Below, one piece after another: positions 1-8,548 of a DNA stretch of 58,793 nucleotides. The translations under genes and the position numbers were made by a program. Under the pieces are notes generated by a model. That model worked only from the letters and a program-made list of their open reading frames with translations, made no database searches and was not told where the DNA came from. The DNA comes from Bacteroidales bacterium UBA3816 (GTDB taxonomy: Bacteria > Bacteroidota > Bacteroidia > Bacteroidales > P3), in assembly GCA_002368955.1 (NCBI GenBank), contig DFDY01000125.1, forward strand, positions 20,049-78,841, given 5' to 3'. Positions within the stretch are counted from its first letter, which is position 1, and the number at the start of each line of letters is the position of its first letter.

Positions 1-50
1 ACGTTTTGTCGCTCCCAAGCAGCCCCTAAAGAATACGTTTTGTCGCTCCC
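1..50 (+). repeat. Direct repeat ACGTTTTGTCGCTCCC x2 (1-16 and 35-50), function unknown (iteron or protein-binding site candidate)
   Basis: Two identical 16-mers 34 bp apart just downstream of the primase-helicase gene. Copy 1 touches the window edge, so more copies may lie to the left. Confidence 0.8.
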
Positions 51-78
51 GGTCGCCAACTATCGGTGCCAGAGGCAG

Positions 79-108
79 AAAAAAAGCCCCCGGAACTCGT
101 CCGGAGGC
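79..108 (-). terminator. Rho-independent terminator of the primase-helicase operon
   Basis: Minus strand reads GCCTCCGGA-CGAGT-TCCGGGGGC (9-bp stem with one G-U) followed by TTTTTTT, 36 nt after the stop at 144. Confidence 0.75.
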
Positions 109-143
109 CATCCTAAAAACACTATAGACATCCCGAAAGGGCC

Positions 144-3100
144 TTAGGCTGGCGTACTTTCGAAGGGTTGTTCTGAAATGGTGATGTACTCCACCCCGCT
201 GCTCTTGTCGTGTCCGGGGCGGTCATGGGAGTCGTGCATGATCTGAGGATTGAGGCTGTAGCCGAAGTAGCGGCAGAACAGTATCAGCCGTTGCCAGAAC
301 TTCTGCGGGGTGATGTACTGCAGCTCGCGCCGGTTGACACTCTCTTTGTAGCTCTCGAAGAGTTTCTGCCGCTCGATGCGGTTGCGCAGCTCGGTGCCGG
401 CAGTCTCGTAGGGATTGTCTTCGTCGATGCGGTAGTAGTCCATGATCCAGCGGTAGAATCCCTCGGTCATTTGCTGGCGTATCTGTCGTTTCTCCAGATT
501 CTCGCACGGAGCCTCTATCAGGCCGCTGCCGTTCACGCCCCAGTGGTTGTGCTGGGCCTCGAAGTACAGCTGCAGACACTCGGCCATGAAGTTGTAGAAG
601 AGATTCCATTGCTCCGCGTCCCAGTACTCGCTGAAGAACTGGCACCCGAATTCGGCTTCGGGCTTGAAGGTGTCGTCGAAGTAATTGCTGAAGGCTATCT
701 TGAACTGGCGGTCGCGGGCACTGCCGGTGTTGTTGTTGAGGGTGTGGTTGGTGGTGATGTAGAATTTAGGTTTCTTGTGGCCCTCCAGGCTGAAGCGTTT
801 GGTGCCCTTGCCGTTGACGATGACGCTGGAGGTGATGGAGGGGAAGAGCCGTTCGAAGTCGAAATTGATGTCGATGTCGTCCAGCGTGATTACCCTCGTC
901 TGCGGTGTCACCTGCTCCAGGGCAAAGCGGTCGCCCACCAGGTCCAGTCCCTTGGCCGGGATGGTCACCACGTTTATCATCTGCTCCAGGGCCACGCTGA
1001 TGAGCGACTTGCCGCTACGGCCCTGGCTCTCGCAAACGGCACTGATGCGCTCGTCCAGAGCTATGACGGCCTTGGTTACGGCGGGGTTGTGGTATTGGTG
1101 CAGCAGGTAGCCGATGGCCGTCATCTTCGACAGCAGGTGCATCTTGTATTCTTCTGGGTCTAGAGTCAGGCCGTCATATTCCGGTTTCAGCCTGCGGTCT
1201 TCGTCCATTTTCTTGTCCCAGTCGAACCAGCTGGTGAGGATGAGGAACCTCAGGAAGTCGCAGTTCTCAGCCTCGTCGCCCAGGCTGATCTGAAAGCCTT
1301 CATCGGTGTGGCTGACGGTCACCAGTCGTCCCTTCAGGGTGTGGGCATCGAAGGGTATCAGGTCTTGCTGCCAATAGTTGAAAGGGCTGCAGCTCAGGTC
1401 GTGTTCCACGATGCCTTCATTGCTCACCTCCCAGTATTTAGTCTTGAACAGCAGCACCTGCCTTTCTCTTTCCGGAGTGGGAAATTCAGGCTGGAAGACC
1501 GACACCAGGCTCATGTTGGCCGGGCCGAGGTAGTTGGTGTGGTTTCGATAGATCATGTTCAGGGCCTCTTTGTTGCAGATCTGTCTGGCCAGGTCTACTA
1601 CCTGGTCGCGCATTTCGATGGGCAGCGCCCGCTCTATCCGTTGTCCGGTGAGGTGCACCAGGCTGTGTTCACCATTTTCTTCCACGTAGCGATGGTAGCC
1701 GCGGTTTTCGAGGAAGTGCACCAGGTTAACGAGGTCGAACTTGTAGTCCACGTATCGGCTGCCGTCTCTGGCCGTGCGCTCTATCTCGGTCCAGAAGGTC
1801 TCGTCGTCAAGCAGTTCCTGCGCCAGTTCTTTCTTTCCCTCTTCGTTCACACGCCACAGGTTGCGGAAGGCTTTGAAGGTTTCCTGCCCCTTCAGCTGTT
1901 CGAAATGTTTGGCCAAGAACTCGTCCACGTTGCCCAGCCCCCACAGCTTTTGAAGCTTGGCATCGGTGATGGTGGATATCTTGATGATGTCGAAGAGTTC
2001 TGTCTGGCCGCCGGCGGCCACGTTGTTGGTTCCCTCGGCTATCAGCTGTTTGTAGCGGTCGGTGTTCGGCCTCATCATCATCAGCTGGTCGTCCACGCCT
2101 TTCTGCTCGCCTTTGCCCAGCACCAGGTACACCTCTACGTCTATATTGCGGTTCTTCAGGGTCTGGAACCAGTCGCGGAAGTTGCGGGCGGCCGCGAAGA
2201 AGGCCCGCGGCCGCATGGTGGCATCTTTCTCGGGATCCAGGTGGTGGGAGAGGTCGTTCCAGTCGGCATCCATGATGAAGTACACCCGCCGCACGTGGCA
2301 TTGCTCGATTACCCGCACGACGGATTCGGGGAACTGGTGATCTCTTCCGGCCATGCTGTTGATGCCGCTCATGCCGAAGGCCGGACCAACGTATTTGCTC
2401 ACTGCCTCGGCCTTTTTCTCGCCTTCGGTGAAATAGAGGTCGGGCAGCTGTTCGGCCTTACGATAGGCCCTGCGCAGTGCCTCGGGGACATACAGCATCA
2501 CGCTGCTGCCTGCCGGGCTCTTGTACTTGCACATTGTTCCATCGCGCAGAAGGTGGCTCTCAGGGAACTGCCAGCGCACACGGAAGTAAGGCTTTTCCAC
2601 GCCTTTCTGCTCGCCTTTGCCCTTGCGCTTGTCGGTATATGTCATCGGTTTTCCATCCAGGTTAAGGTACTGGATGACCATGTCGTCGCCTGTGGTGGTG
2701 ATGTTGCCGTAGGCATCCACTGTGCCGGCAAAGATGGGGCTGGCCTGCCGGTCTACGCCGTCTTCTTTCCAGATGGCCCGCACGTCGCGCACGCTCAGGC
2801 CGGAGGCCTCCAGCTGCCGGGTGCAGAAGCTCTTGGCCTTGGCGGGTGTGGTGGCCTTGCTGTCGGGCAGGGTGCCGGTTGGATAATCTTTATCGGGTAT
2901 GGTGATGCCGAAGTCTTGGGCCAGCATCGCTATCACATCCTTCCACTCCATCTTCTTGGTGTCCATCAGCAGCTGCACGGGGGTCTTCGCCCCGTAGCCA
3001 CATTTGAAGCACTTCACTATTCCCTTGCTGGGGGCATACTCAAGGCGGCCGTCGTTGCAGAACGGGCATTCGTAGTGGTGGCGTTTGCCGTCTTTGTGGT

Positions 3101-3179
3101 TGTTGAAGTATTTGCCCAGCACGGCCTCCATGGTGGCCGCGTCGAGGATCTTTTGTTTGGTTTCTTCGTCTAGATACAT
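144..3179 (-). CDS. DNA primase-helicase (CHC2 zinc ribbon, TOPRIM-like acidic motif, C-terminal P-loop NTPase)
   Basis: N-terminal CPFC...CFKCG zinc ribbon as in DnaG-type primases. IMDADWND acidic motif. GRSGKS Walker A and ITLDDID Walker B in the C-terminal half. 1011-aa uninterrupted ORF. Confidence 0.8.
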   Translation of the reverse strand: MYLDEETKQKILDAATMEAVLGKYFNNHKDGKRHHYECPFCNDGRLEYAPSKGIVKCFKCGYGAKTPVQLLMDTKKMEWKDVIAMLAQDFGITIPDKDYPTGTLPDSKATTPAKAKSFCTRQLEASGLSVRDVRAIWKEDGVDRQASPIFAGTVDAYGNITTTGDDMVIQYLNLDGKPMTYTDKRKGKGEQKGVEKPYFRVRWQFPESHLLRDGTMCKYKSPAGSSVMLYVPEALRRAYRKAEQLPDLYFTEGEKKAEAVSKYVGPAFGMSGINSMAGRDHQFPESVVRVIEQCHVRRVYFIMDADWNDLSHHLDPEKDATMRPRAFFAAARNFRDWFQTLKNRNIDVEVYLVLGKGEQKGVDDQLMMMRPNTDRYKQLIAEGTNNVAAGGQTELFDIIKISTITDAKLQKLWGLGNVDEFLAKHFEQLKGQETFKAFRNLWRVNEEGKKELAQELLDDETFWTEIERTARDGSRYVDYKFDLVNLVHFLENRGYHRYVEENGEHSLVHLTGQRIERALPIEMRDQVVDLARQICNKEALNMIYRNHTNYLGPANMSLVSVFQPEFPTPERERQVLLFKTKYWEVSNEGIVEHDLSCSPFNYWQQDLIPFDAHTLKGRLVTVSHTDEGFQISLGDEAENCDFLRFLILTSWFDWDKKMDEDRRLKPEYDGLTLDPEEYKMHLLSKMTAIGYLLHQYHNPAVTKAVIALDERISAVCESQGRSGKSLISVALEQMINVVTIPAKGLDLVGDRFALEQVTPQTRVITLDDIDINFDFERLFPSITSSVIVNGKGTKRFSLEGHKKPKFYITTNHTLNNNTGSARDRQFKIAFSNYFDDTFKPEAEFGCQFFSEYWDAEQWNLFYNFMAECLQLYFEAQHNHWGVNGSGLIEAPCENLEKRQIRQQMTEGFYRWIMDYYRIDEDNPYETAGTELRNRIERQKLFESYKESVNRRELQYITPQKFWQRLILFCRYFGYSLNPQIMHDSHDRPGHDKSSGVEYITISEQPFESTPA

Positions 3180-3183
3180 GGTG

Positions 3184-3432
3184 CTATAGCTCCCTGAAGT
3201 GTTTGTTGCGATTGAGGTCTACGCCGCGTTCGGCCAGTCGTTGGCGTGCGCGTGCGCACGAGTCGTGGATGACGTTCCTGTAGTAGTACGGAACATGCTG
3301 TATGTCCTTATTGTTTCGGATGAGCCAGTATTCCTTAGCGGTCTTCAGCGCGTAGCCGAATTCGGCTTCTATGATGCAGGGCATCTCAGTGTCGATTACG
3401 CCCACGTCAAAAATATCAAGTTGGATTCCCAT
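3184..3432 (-). CDS. Hypothetical protein (82 aa), element operon
   Basis: ORF 5 nt upstream of the primase gene on the same strand; no recognisable motif. Confidence 0.5.
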   Translation of the reverse strand: MGIQLDIFDVGVIDTEMPCIIEAEFGYALKTAKEYWLIRNNKDIQHVPYYYRNVIHDSCARARQRLAERGVDLNRNKHFREL

Positions 3433-3553
3433 GTCTTAGTGTTTTTTTAGTTTATCTGCTCCTCCTGCCGGATCTGCCCCGGCCGTTTACTAGTACTAGT
3501 GTGCCGCCTGGCTCGCACAAAGAGGAGGAAGCCCAAATCATGAAAGAAAGTGA

Positions 3554-4168
3554 TTACTCTTGTTGGCACTGGACCTCGTTGGAGGGTATCGCCATTTCGG
3601 AATTAGGAGCAGTACAGTCCGGCGTCTCTTCGGCTCGGGCCGGCTCACCGGCTGCCGGCTCGGCATCGTTTCCGCCCATTCTCTTCGTGACTTCGAGAAA
3701 ACTGCGATGGTTCATCGAGAGGAAGCTGATGCGCAGCTCCTCTATTTGTTCTTCCGTCATTCCGGGCAGGCCCAGGCCAGACACTGTGGAGATGTGCTGC
3801 AGCAGCTTGTGCAGCTCGTTGGTGCTACGGGTCAATTCTTTTGCGTGGCCATTGCAGGCAGCCATTTGGTTGAGGATACCGGTTGTTATGCCAACGATCG
3901 GCCGCACGTTGTCGTTGATCATCTTGCGGTCCTGGTGGGCGATGTCCTGTCCCGACTTGACGGCCTCTTTCAGGGCTTCGGCACTGGCCAGCAGCTGTGC
4001 CATTGATTTGTTGTGGTCGGCATGGATCTGCGACAGCTCGTAGTTCAAGCCGTGCACCTGGCTCTCCAGGTCTTGGAGTTTCTGGTTGCGTTTTTCGTCT
4101 TTCATCGCAAGGTTAATCACCATCAGGATGGCGAACATTGCGCAGATGATAATGAATGAATGATACAT
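3554..4168 (-). CDS. Hypothetical membrane-anchored coiled-coil protein (204 aa)
   Basis: N-terminal hydrophobic helix (FIIICAMFAILMVINL) followed by a heptad-like charged region; same operon. Confidence 0.55.
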   Translation of the reverse strand: MYHSFIIICAMFAILMVINLAMKDEKRNQKLQDLESQVHGLNYELSQIHADHNKSMAQLLASAEALKEAVKSGQDIAHQDRKMINDNVRPIVGITTGILNQMAACNGHAKELTRSTNELHKLLQHISTVSGLGLPGMTEEQIEELRISFLSMNHRSFLEVTKRMGGNDAEPAAGEPARAEETPDCTAPNSEMAIPSNEVQCQQE

Positions 4169-4210
4169 GATAAATAAAATTTAGATTGGTTAATAAAAAG
4201 TGTTTTCTTG

Positions 4211-4468
4211 TCAATTCTGCCACCACTTGCGGCTGTTGTCTACTTCGCGCTGGGGGAATCGTACGCCCTTCAGCCGCACGTTGTGCTGCCTCACGGTCAT
4301 TAGTTTCCCTATTTGATGCCCGAGCAGAGGCTGCAGCAGCCGCACTCGGTAGCTCTGTGATGTCTGCCCCACAATCTCGACCAATACCACATATTGGTTG
4401 AACGTCCCGTCGTAGTTGCGGGTGCGGTGGGTGTAGAAGCCCTGAGGGGCTGTGGTCGTCGAGGTCAT
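4211..4468 (-). CDS. Hypothetical protein (85 aa)
   Basis: ORF whose start overlaps the upstream gene stop by 4 nt (ATGA at 4465-4468). Confidence 0.5.
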   Translation of the reverse strand: MTSTTTAPQGFYTHRTRNYDGTFNQYVVLVEIVGQTSQSYRVRLLQPLLGHQIGKLMTVRQHNVRLKGVRFPQREVDNSRKWWQN

Positions 4469-4713
4469 GGTTGGTTGTTTTTAATTTTGAACATTTTGTC
4501 GTTCCGCTCAAAGGTCTTCAGGTAGCATGGACGGAACATCATCAGGCGGTTCTCCCATAGATAGCGGTAGATCTCTATGCTCTCCGGGGGTAAGCCTATA
4601 CCGCCTGAACGGGCTATGCGCAGCAGCTTAACCTGGTCGATGCCGAACTGCTCCCTCGCCATCTGGGCCCAGCCCCGGCTGAAGACCAATTCATATTTTC
4701 TTTTCTCTGCCAT
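4465..4713 (-). CDS. Hypothetical protein (82 aa)
   Basis: ORF in the operon, translationally coupled to the next gene. Confidence 0.5.
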   Translation of the reverse strand: MAEKRKYELVFSRGWAQMAREQFGIDQVKLLRIARSGGIGLPPESIEIYRYLWENRLMMFRPCYLKTFERNDKMFKIKNNQP

Positions 4714-4735
4714 AATTCATTTTATTTAGTAGTTC

Positions 4736-5209
4736 TCAGATCTTTTCAAAAACAACGCCAGTGGCATCCGACCTGGTGAAGCCGTAACAATATTGCTCAG
4801 GGCACTTGCTCTCTCCAGCAAAGTAACAACCAAGACAGTGATTGACCTCCTTTACTACTTTGAACGTCTTGCCTTGGTGTTCAAATGTGCCCCCAATGGG
4901 GACGTCTTTGGCTTGCCGGTCGATCTCCTGGGCTTGTGTCCATACCATATCGGGCTCTAGATCTTTGGGGAGTGTCTTGGGCTTGTCCAGTATGGCGATG
5001 AGGGTGGCACCGGACATGATGACCTTGTATAGCTCTTCCGAGTCTAGGTCCGAATCATAGAGGTCTGGTAGTACTTGTTCCGGACTGGCGAGCATATACC
5101 ATTTCCCCTTCTGGATCGGCAGTGCCCGCACTTCGTCTGTCAGGGGCACGAATGCCGGTTCCGGATTGGCCTTGATGTGGTGGATCTTGCTTCCTCCTGT
5201 GCTATTCAT
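4736..5209 (-). CDS. Hypothetical protein with Cys-rich C-terminus (157 aa)
   Basis: C-terminal HCLGCYFAGESKCPEQYC cluster suggests a small metal-binding knuckle; 4-nt overlap with the upstream gene. Confidence 0.55.
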   Translation of the reverse strand: MNSTGGSKIHHIKANPEPAFVPLTDEVRALPIQKGKWYMLASPEQVLPDLYDSDLDSEELYKVIMSGATLIAILDKPKTLPKDLEPDMVWTQAQEIDRQAKDVPIGGTFEHQGKTFKVVKEVNHCLGCYFAGESKCPEQYCYGFTRSDATGVVFEKI

Positions 5210-5544
5210 GCTTCACCCCCTTTCGAATCTACCATCATTTCGAGGGTCTTGTAGGTCTGTCTTACCTTCTCGATATGGAACGTGAACACATATTGGTCGT
5301 CAACCTTGCGCTCATCGTTGTAACAAGCCACGAAGTTGCCATCCTTTCTTACTTCGAGACGCTTTGTGCGCGGGTATGTCTTGTTCAGTTCGTCCACCTT
5401 CTGTTGGATCTCCTTCATGAGTTCCTCTACAGCGGCATCGTCGGGGATAAGCGTCTGCCGGAATTCGGTGACGAACGACTGCAACTCCTTGCATTTACGG
5501 TTGGCAGGGCTCCAGGTGTTCACTTTGTCAATAAAATACTTCAT
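5206..5544 (-). CDS. Hypothetical protein (112 aa)
   Basis: ORF in the operon with ATGA overlaps at both ends. Confidence 0.55.
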   Translation of the reverse strand: MKYFIDKVNTWSPANRKCKELQSFVTEFRQTLIPDDAAVEELMKEIQQKVDELNKTYPRTKRLEVRKDGNFVACYNDERKVDDQYVFTFHIEKVRQTYKTLEMMVDSKGGEA

Positions 5545-5639
5545 TGCTCACCTCCTTCCAAGGCTTCGTAGCGTGAGGGGCGGGATTCGCTGATGTTTTC
5601 GGTTTTTTCCTCTAGAGGGTTTTTCGTGTTTTTGTTCAT
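5541..5639 (-). CDS. Possible 32-aa micro-ORF (MNKNTKNPLEEKTENISESRPSRYEALEGGEQ)
   Basis: Not in the ORF track (too short). ATG at 5639 is preceded by purine-rich AGGAAG. Its TGA overlaps the ATG of the next gene (ATGA at 5541-5544). Confidence 0.35.
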   Translation of the reverse strand: MNKNTKNPLEEKTENISESRPSRYEALEGGEQ

Positions 5640-5675
5640 TTTTTCTTCCTTTCTGTTTGTTTGTTATATTTTAGT

Positions 5676-5942
5676 TTAATCGCTCAGATCTGTGGGCATG
5701 TATAGCCTCCAGCCCGACTCGCGGCGCAGGGCTTCGGCCTGTTCCAGGCGCAGCAGGCGGCTGTCGAGCTGACTGATGAAATCTTGGAGCCTCTTGAACT
5801 CATCGGTCACAAAGGTGTACATGGCCATAGAGCTGCGAACAAGATCTTCGCTCATGGTGCCATCAGTGTCCAGCTCGTAGCAGGTACCTGGCACAGTGGT
5901 GGGCACGATGATGCCGCGACGGTCGATGCAGAAGAAAATCAT
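5676..5942 (-). CDS. Hypothetical protein (88 aa)
   Basis: ORF in the operon; 4-nt overlap with 5939..6244. Confidence 0.5.
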   Translation of the reverse strand: MIFFCIDRRGIIVPTTVPGTCYELDTDGTMSEDLVRSSMAMYTFVTDEFKRLQDFISQLDSRLLRLEQAEALRRESGWRLYMPTDLSD

Positions 5943-6244
5943 GCTGCACCTCCTTCCTGTCTTTTTACATCAAAATACGGCTTTAAGGCTTCTTTTACCT
6001 GTGACACCAAAGGCCTGATGTCCAGGCCGGGTTGGTATTCATGGATGTACTTTTCTAACTCCATTTTTGCCTGTGAAACCGTTCTAAAGGCTGTGCGCAG
6101 CTTATCCTGTTCGGGATTGAGGTTTCCCCAAGTGCTTTCCATGTCATTGTCGGAATGATGGATTATTAGGTCGGATGCCAAAGAGGTAAGCACTGCTGCC
6201 ATCCGGATGTCAGTTGCTCGGTTTATTGTTTTATTGTCTTCCAT
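5939..6244 (-). CDS. Hypothetical protein (101 aa), first gene of the leftward operon
   Basis: ORF diverging from the HTH gene across a 93-bp AT-rich gap. Confidence 0.5.
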   Translation of the reverse strand: MEDNKTINRATDIRMAAVLTSLASDLIIHHSDNDMESTWGNLNPEQDKLRTAFRTVSQAKMELEKYIHEYQPGLDIRPLVSQVKEALKPYFDVKRQEGGAA

Positions 6245-6337
6245 AGTGTATTATTTTTCCGTATTTGTGTTTTTTGTTGTATATTTGTATTCGTTTTGTA
6301 TTCGTTTTGTGGTGCAAAAATAATAAAAATTTCAATT

Positions 6338-6742
6338 ATGCAAGATAAAAAAGAACGAAAAATTGATGAAATTAAATTAAGATTATTACAATTTGCTGAA
6401 CATCAAGGAATACCAAAGGGGGATTTTTATAAAAAAATATCCGTCCCTCAATCAAATTTTGGTGGAAAAAGTATGGAAAGTAGTCTTTCTTCAGCAAAAA
6501 TAAGCGAAATTTTGATTATATTTCCTGAGCTTTCTGCTGATTGGCTTTTGCTCGAAAAAGGCGAAATGCTCCGGAAAAACAACCTAAAAAACATGGCTGT
6601 GGCCTCTGCACCCCAAGCTAATGCCAGCAATGGCGACATGTCAATCCAGGCACCCGCCGAACTGCTAGCCCTCCTCACCAGCCAACAGGAAACAATCAAG
6701 TCCCTATCCCGCACAATAGAGCATTTAGCCACAGAAAAATAA
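6338..6742 (+). CDS. HTH transcriptional regulator, phage-repressor-like
   Basis: Start moved to ATG 6338 (MQDKKERK...). N-terminal HTH followed by the ADWLLLEKGEML signature common in Bacteroidales phage/element repressors. Divergent from the replication operon. Confidence 0.7.
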   Translation: MQDKKERKIDEIKLRLLQFAEHQGIPKGDFYKKISVPQSNFGGKSMESSLSSAKISEILIIFPELSADWLLLEKGEMLRKNNLKNMAVASAPQANASNGDMSIQAPAELLALLTSQQETIKSLSRTIEHLATEK

Positions 6743-6836
6743 TTGTTAATAATAAAAATATAAAGATTATGTCTAGCAATTCTAAATCAACCATTATTTC
6801 TTTGGCAGCCGTTGTACTAAAAGAGGAAAATCAACA

Positions 6837-7274
6837 ATGAGTAAAACACAAGTCAATTTTCAGCACTATAGTTTGGTTAAGACAACCATTAAGGATAAGG
6901 TTAAAGAAGAAGCACCATTTGTCGAGGTCGGCGATTTGCTCGAATTTATATCCTACAAGGATAAGAAAGACCGCAAGTTCAACTTAAAGAACAACAAGAT
7001 TTGTTTCTTAGAGGTTCTAAACATAAAAGAGTACGAAAGGTACCTAGTGTATTATGGTATTTTTGCCGTAGCCAAAAGAGACTACAGGCCACCAATTATA
7101 GACACTGAGGAACTAACCGAAAGAGACAATCCAAGAAGCATGAAGGAGGGTGACAAAGACCGCGTTTATTTCGCTCTAAAAATCGAACTGAACGAGAGAC
7201 CTCTGGTTTCGCTGATTTTACAGAGAACTAGTTCCCGTTTCAATTCCAATAGTTTCAAGAATTACCTTACCTAG
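6837..7274 (+). CDS. Hypothetical protein (145 aa), AT-rich cargo; may be the N-terminal half of a gene split by an in-frame TAG
   Basis: ORF in the same frame as 7287..7733, separated only by TAG (7272-7274) plus 4 codons. Confidence 0.5.
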   Translation: MSKTQVNFQHYSLVKTTIKDKVKEEAPFVEVGDLLEFISYKDKKDRKFNLKNNKICFLEVLNIKEYERYLVYYGIFAVAKRDYRPPIIDTEELTERDNPRSMKEGDKDRVYFALKIELNERPLVSLILQRTSSRFNSNSFKNYLT

Positions 7275-7286
7275 TTTTTCAGAGAG

Positions 7287-7733
7287 ATGTACCCAGACGA
7301 AACCTCTTCGGCCATCAGAGTGGATGTTCAAATGTGCAACAGCTTTTTCACAGAAATGCAACGGATGAAAAGAGCTTCCGCTATAGAGGTGAGCTTTGAT
7401 AAGAAAATACTGACTGACAAGTTTTCTTCATTCAGTAAAGACATTATTCATGTCGAGAATAACGTCAAGGTCTCTGTCAAAGCAAAGAGAAAGAAGAATA
7501 TTGAAGAGATGGCTATGGATGCTGCCAATCACATGCATGGAGATAACGAAGACAGCATAACCAATGTCTTTGTGAAGGGATATGACGAGGATGACCACGA
7601 AATGGTCGTAGATATGCAGAAATTGTTCCGCATATCGTCAGATAAGGTTGAGAAGTACGATGGACCGGACGGAACTGGTGAGTTGAATAGTAGGGATATG
7701 TTTAGCCTGCTGTTGGATTATGCGGCCATGTAG
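7287..7733 (+). CDS. Hypothetical protein (148 aa), AT-rich cargo; possible C-terminal half of the split gene
   Basis: Same frame as 6837..7274 (start positions differ by 450 nt); acidic C-terminal region. Confidence 0.5.
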   Translation: MYPDETSSAIRVDVQMCNSFFTEMQRMKRASAIEVSFDKKILTDKFSSFSKDIIHVENNVKVSVKAKRKKNIEEMAMDAANHMHGDNEDSITNVFVKGYDEDDHEMVVDMQKLFRISSDKVEKYDGPDGTGELNSRDMFSLLLDYAAM

Positions 7734-7738
7734 ACGGC

Positions 7739-8254
7739 TCAGTCTTGTTTTGCCTTAAGCACGAGATACAGATGTAGGGCCACTTCGATTGTCTGGCAGA
7801 TGCAGTAGGTCAATACCATTACCAGGACAAGTACAATGGCGTATGAAGAAAAGATGGTTTTATAGTCAAAGAGCAAAGCAATGAGGGACAAAAGAAGCCC
7901 GAAAGCTGTGCAGAAAGTGGTCCAGGTGATGTCGGCCACAAGAAGGTCGAAAAGCGACTTTTCTTTGCCAAGTGACGTTACTTCTATCGGAGTCTTCTTT
8001 GTCCTGTTAATGTTCTCATTGTTCGAAGACACCAAGAGCGCAAGAACGGCAATTAGGAAGCCAAGTAGAATACCGAGTATGTTGCTGGAAGTACCCATGA
8101 AGGTGAGAACCTTTTTCAGGACAGAAACACCACCATAGCGAAGAATGAAAAAAGCAGTTGCAGATAGGAATAGAGGTATCAACATAGAACGAATAAAATG
8201 TTTTAATCCGTTGAGTTTGAAATAGTCATATAATAAAACAATTACATTTCCCAT
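7739..8254 (-). CDS. Small integral membrane protein (about 4 TM helices), AT-rich cargo
   Basis: Hydrophobic segments LIPLFLSATAFFIL, ILGILLGFLIAVLALLV, WTTFCTAFGLLLSLIALLF and YAIVLVLVMVLTY. Start is uncertain: ATG 8254 lies only 4 nt from a TAnnTTTG box, and ATG 8185 is an alternative. Confidence 0.55.
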   Translation of the reverse strand: MGNVIVLLYDYFKLNGLKHFIRSMLIPLFLSATAFFILRYGGVSVLKKVLTFMGTSSNILGILLGFLIAVLALLVSSNNENINRTKKTPIEVTSLGKEKSLFDLLVADITWTTFCTAFGLLLSLIALLFDYKTIFSSYAIVLVLVMVLTYCICQTIEVALHLYLVLKAKQD

Positions 8255-8333
8255 GTTGCAAAAGTACACAAAAAAAAATAATAAATATATTACCACGGAA
8301 ACCCTACTCCATTTTTAACATATAAAAACAGGT

Positions 8334-8534
8334 GGTTCATGTCCCTTATCGCCGCAATTTTCACAACGTCAATTCTTTGTAACTATTTATAACAAAAGCG
8401 GTTCACGTCCCCCAATTGCGACAATACCGCGTCAAAAAACCCAAAAAATCGTCAATTTTTAAAATATAAACCATTCGCCTCCAATGCCTTACAAATCGAA
8501 AAATAGGGACGTTTCAAGTGAGGGTTCAAGTCCC
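8334..8534 (+). repeat. Three copies of a T-loop-like 12-mer GGTTCAnGTCCC (8334-8345, 8400-8411, 8523-8534)
   Basis: Read directly from the sequence. The third copy is the T-arm of the tRNA-like remnant. CGTCAATT also recurs at 8368 and 8450. Confidence 0.75.
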
Positions 8535-8547
8535 TCCCGGGGTACAA
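8510..8547 (+). other. tRNA 3'-end-like fragment (T-arm plus 3' acceptor strand), putative att core
   Basis: GAGGG-TTCAAGT-CCCTC (8520-8536), then CCGGGGT and a discriminator A. The matching 5' acceptor strand ACCCCGG is absent from the preceding 100 nt, so this is not an intact tRNA. Confidence 0.5.
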
Positions 8548-8548
8548 T

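Larger units (their letters stand above)
1..8547. mobile_element. Partial integrated element (replication module, divergent repressor, AT-rich cargo) bounded on the right by a tRNA 3'-end-like att remnant; left end lies outside the window
   Basis: Packed minus-strand operon 6244->144 of small ORFs with 4-nt ATGA overlaps, ending in a 1011-aa primase-helicase. Divergent HTH gene at 6338. Composition drops across 6.3-8.3 kb. T-arm/acceptor-like sequence at 8520-8544 is followed by a hairpin plus T-run. Confidence 0.55.

Noticed and set aside
8461-8547. Possible intact tRNA or tmRNA 3' end (GGTTCAAGTCCC T-loop).
   Set aside because: No complementary 5' acceptor strand (ACCCCGG) and no D-arm or anticodon arm in the preceding ~100 nt. 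The acceptor does not match the GGGG... tmRNA start. Treated as a 3' fragment or att remnant only.
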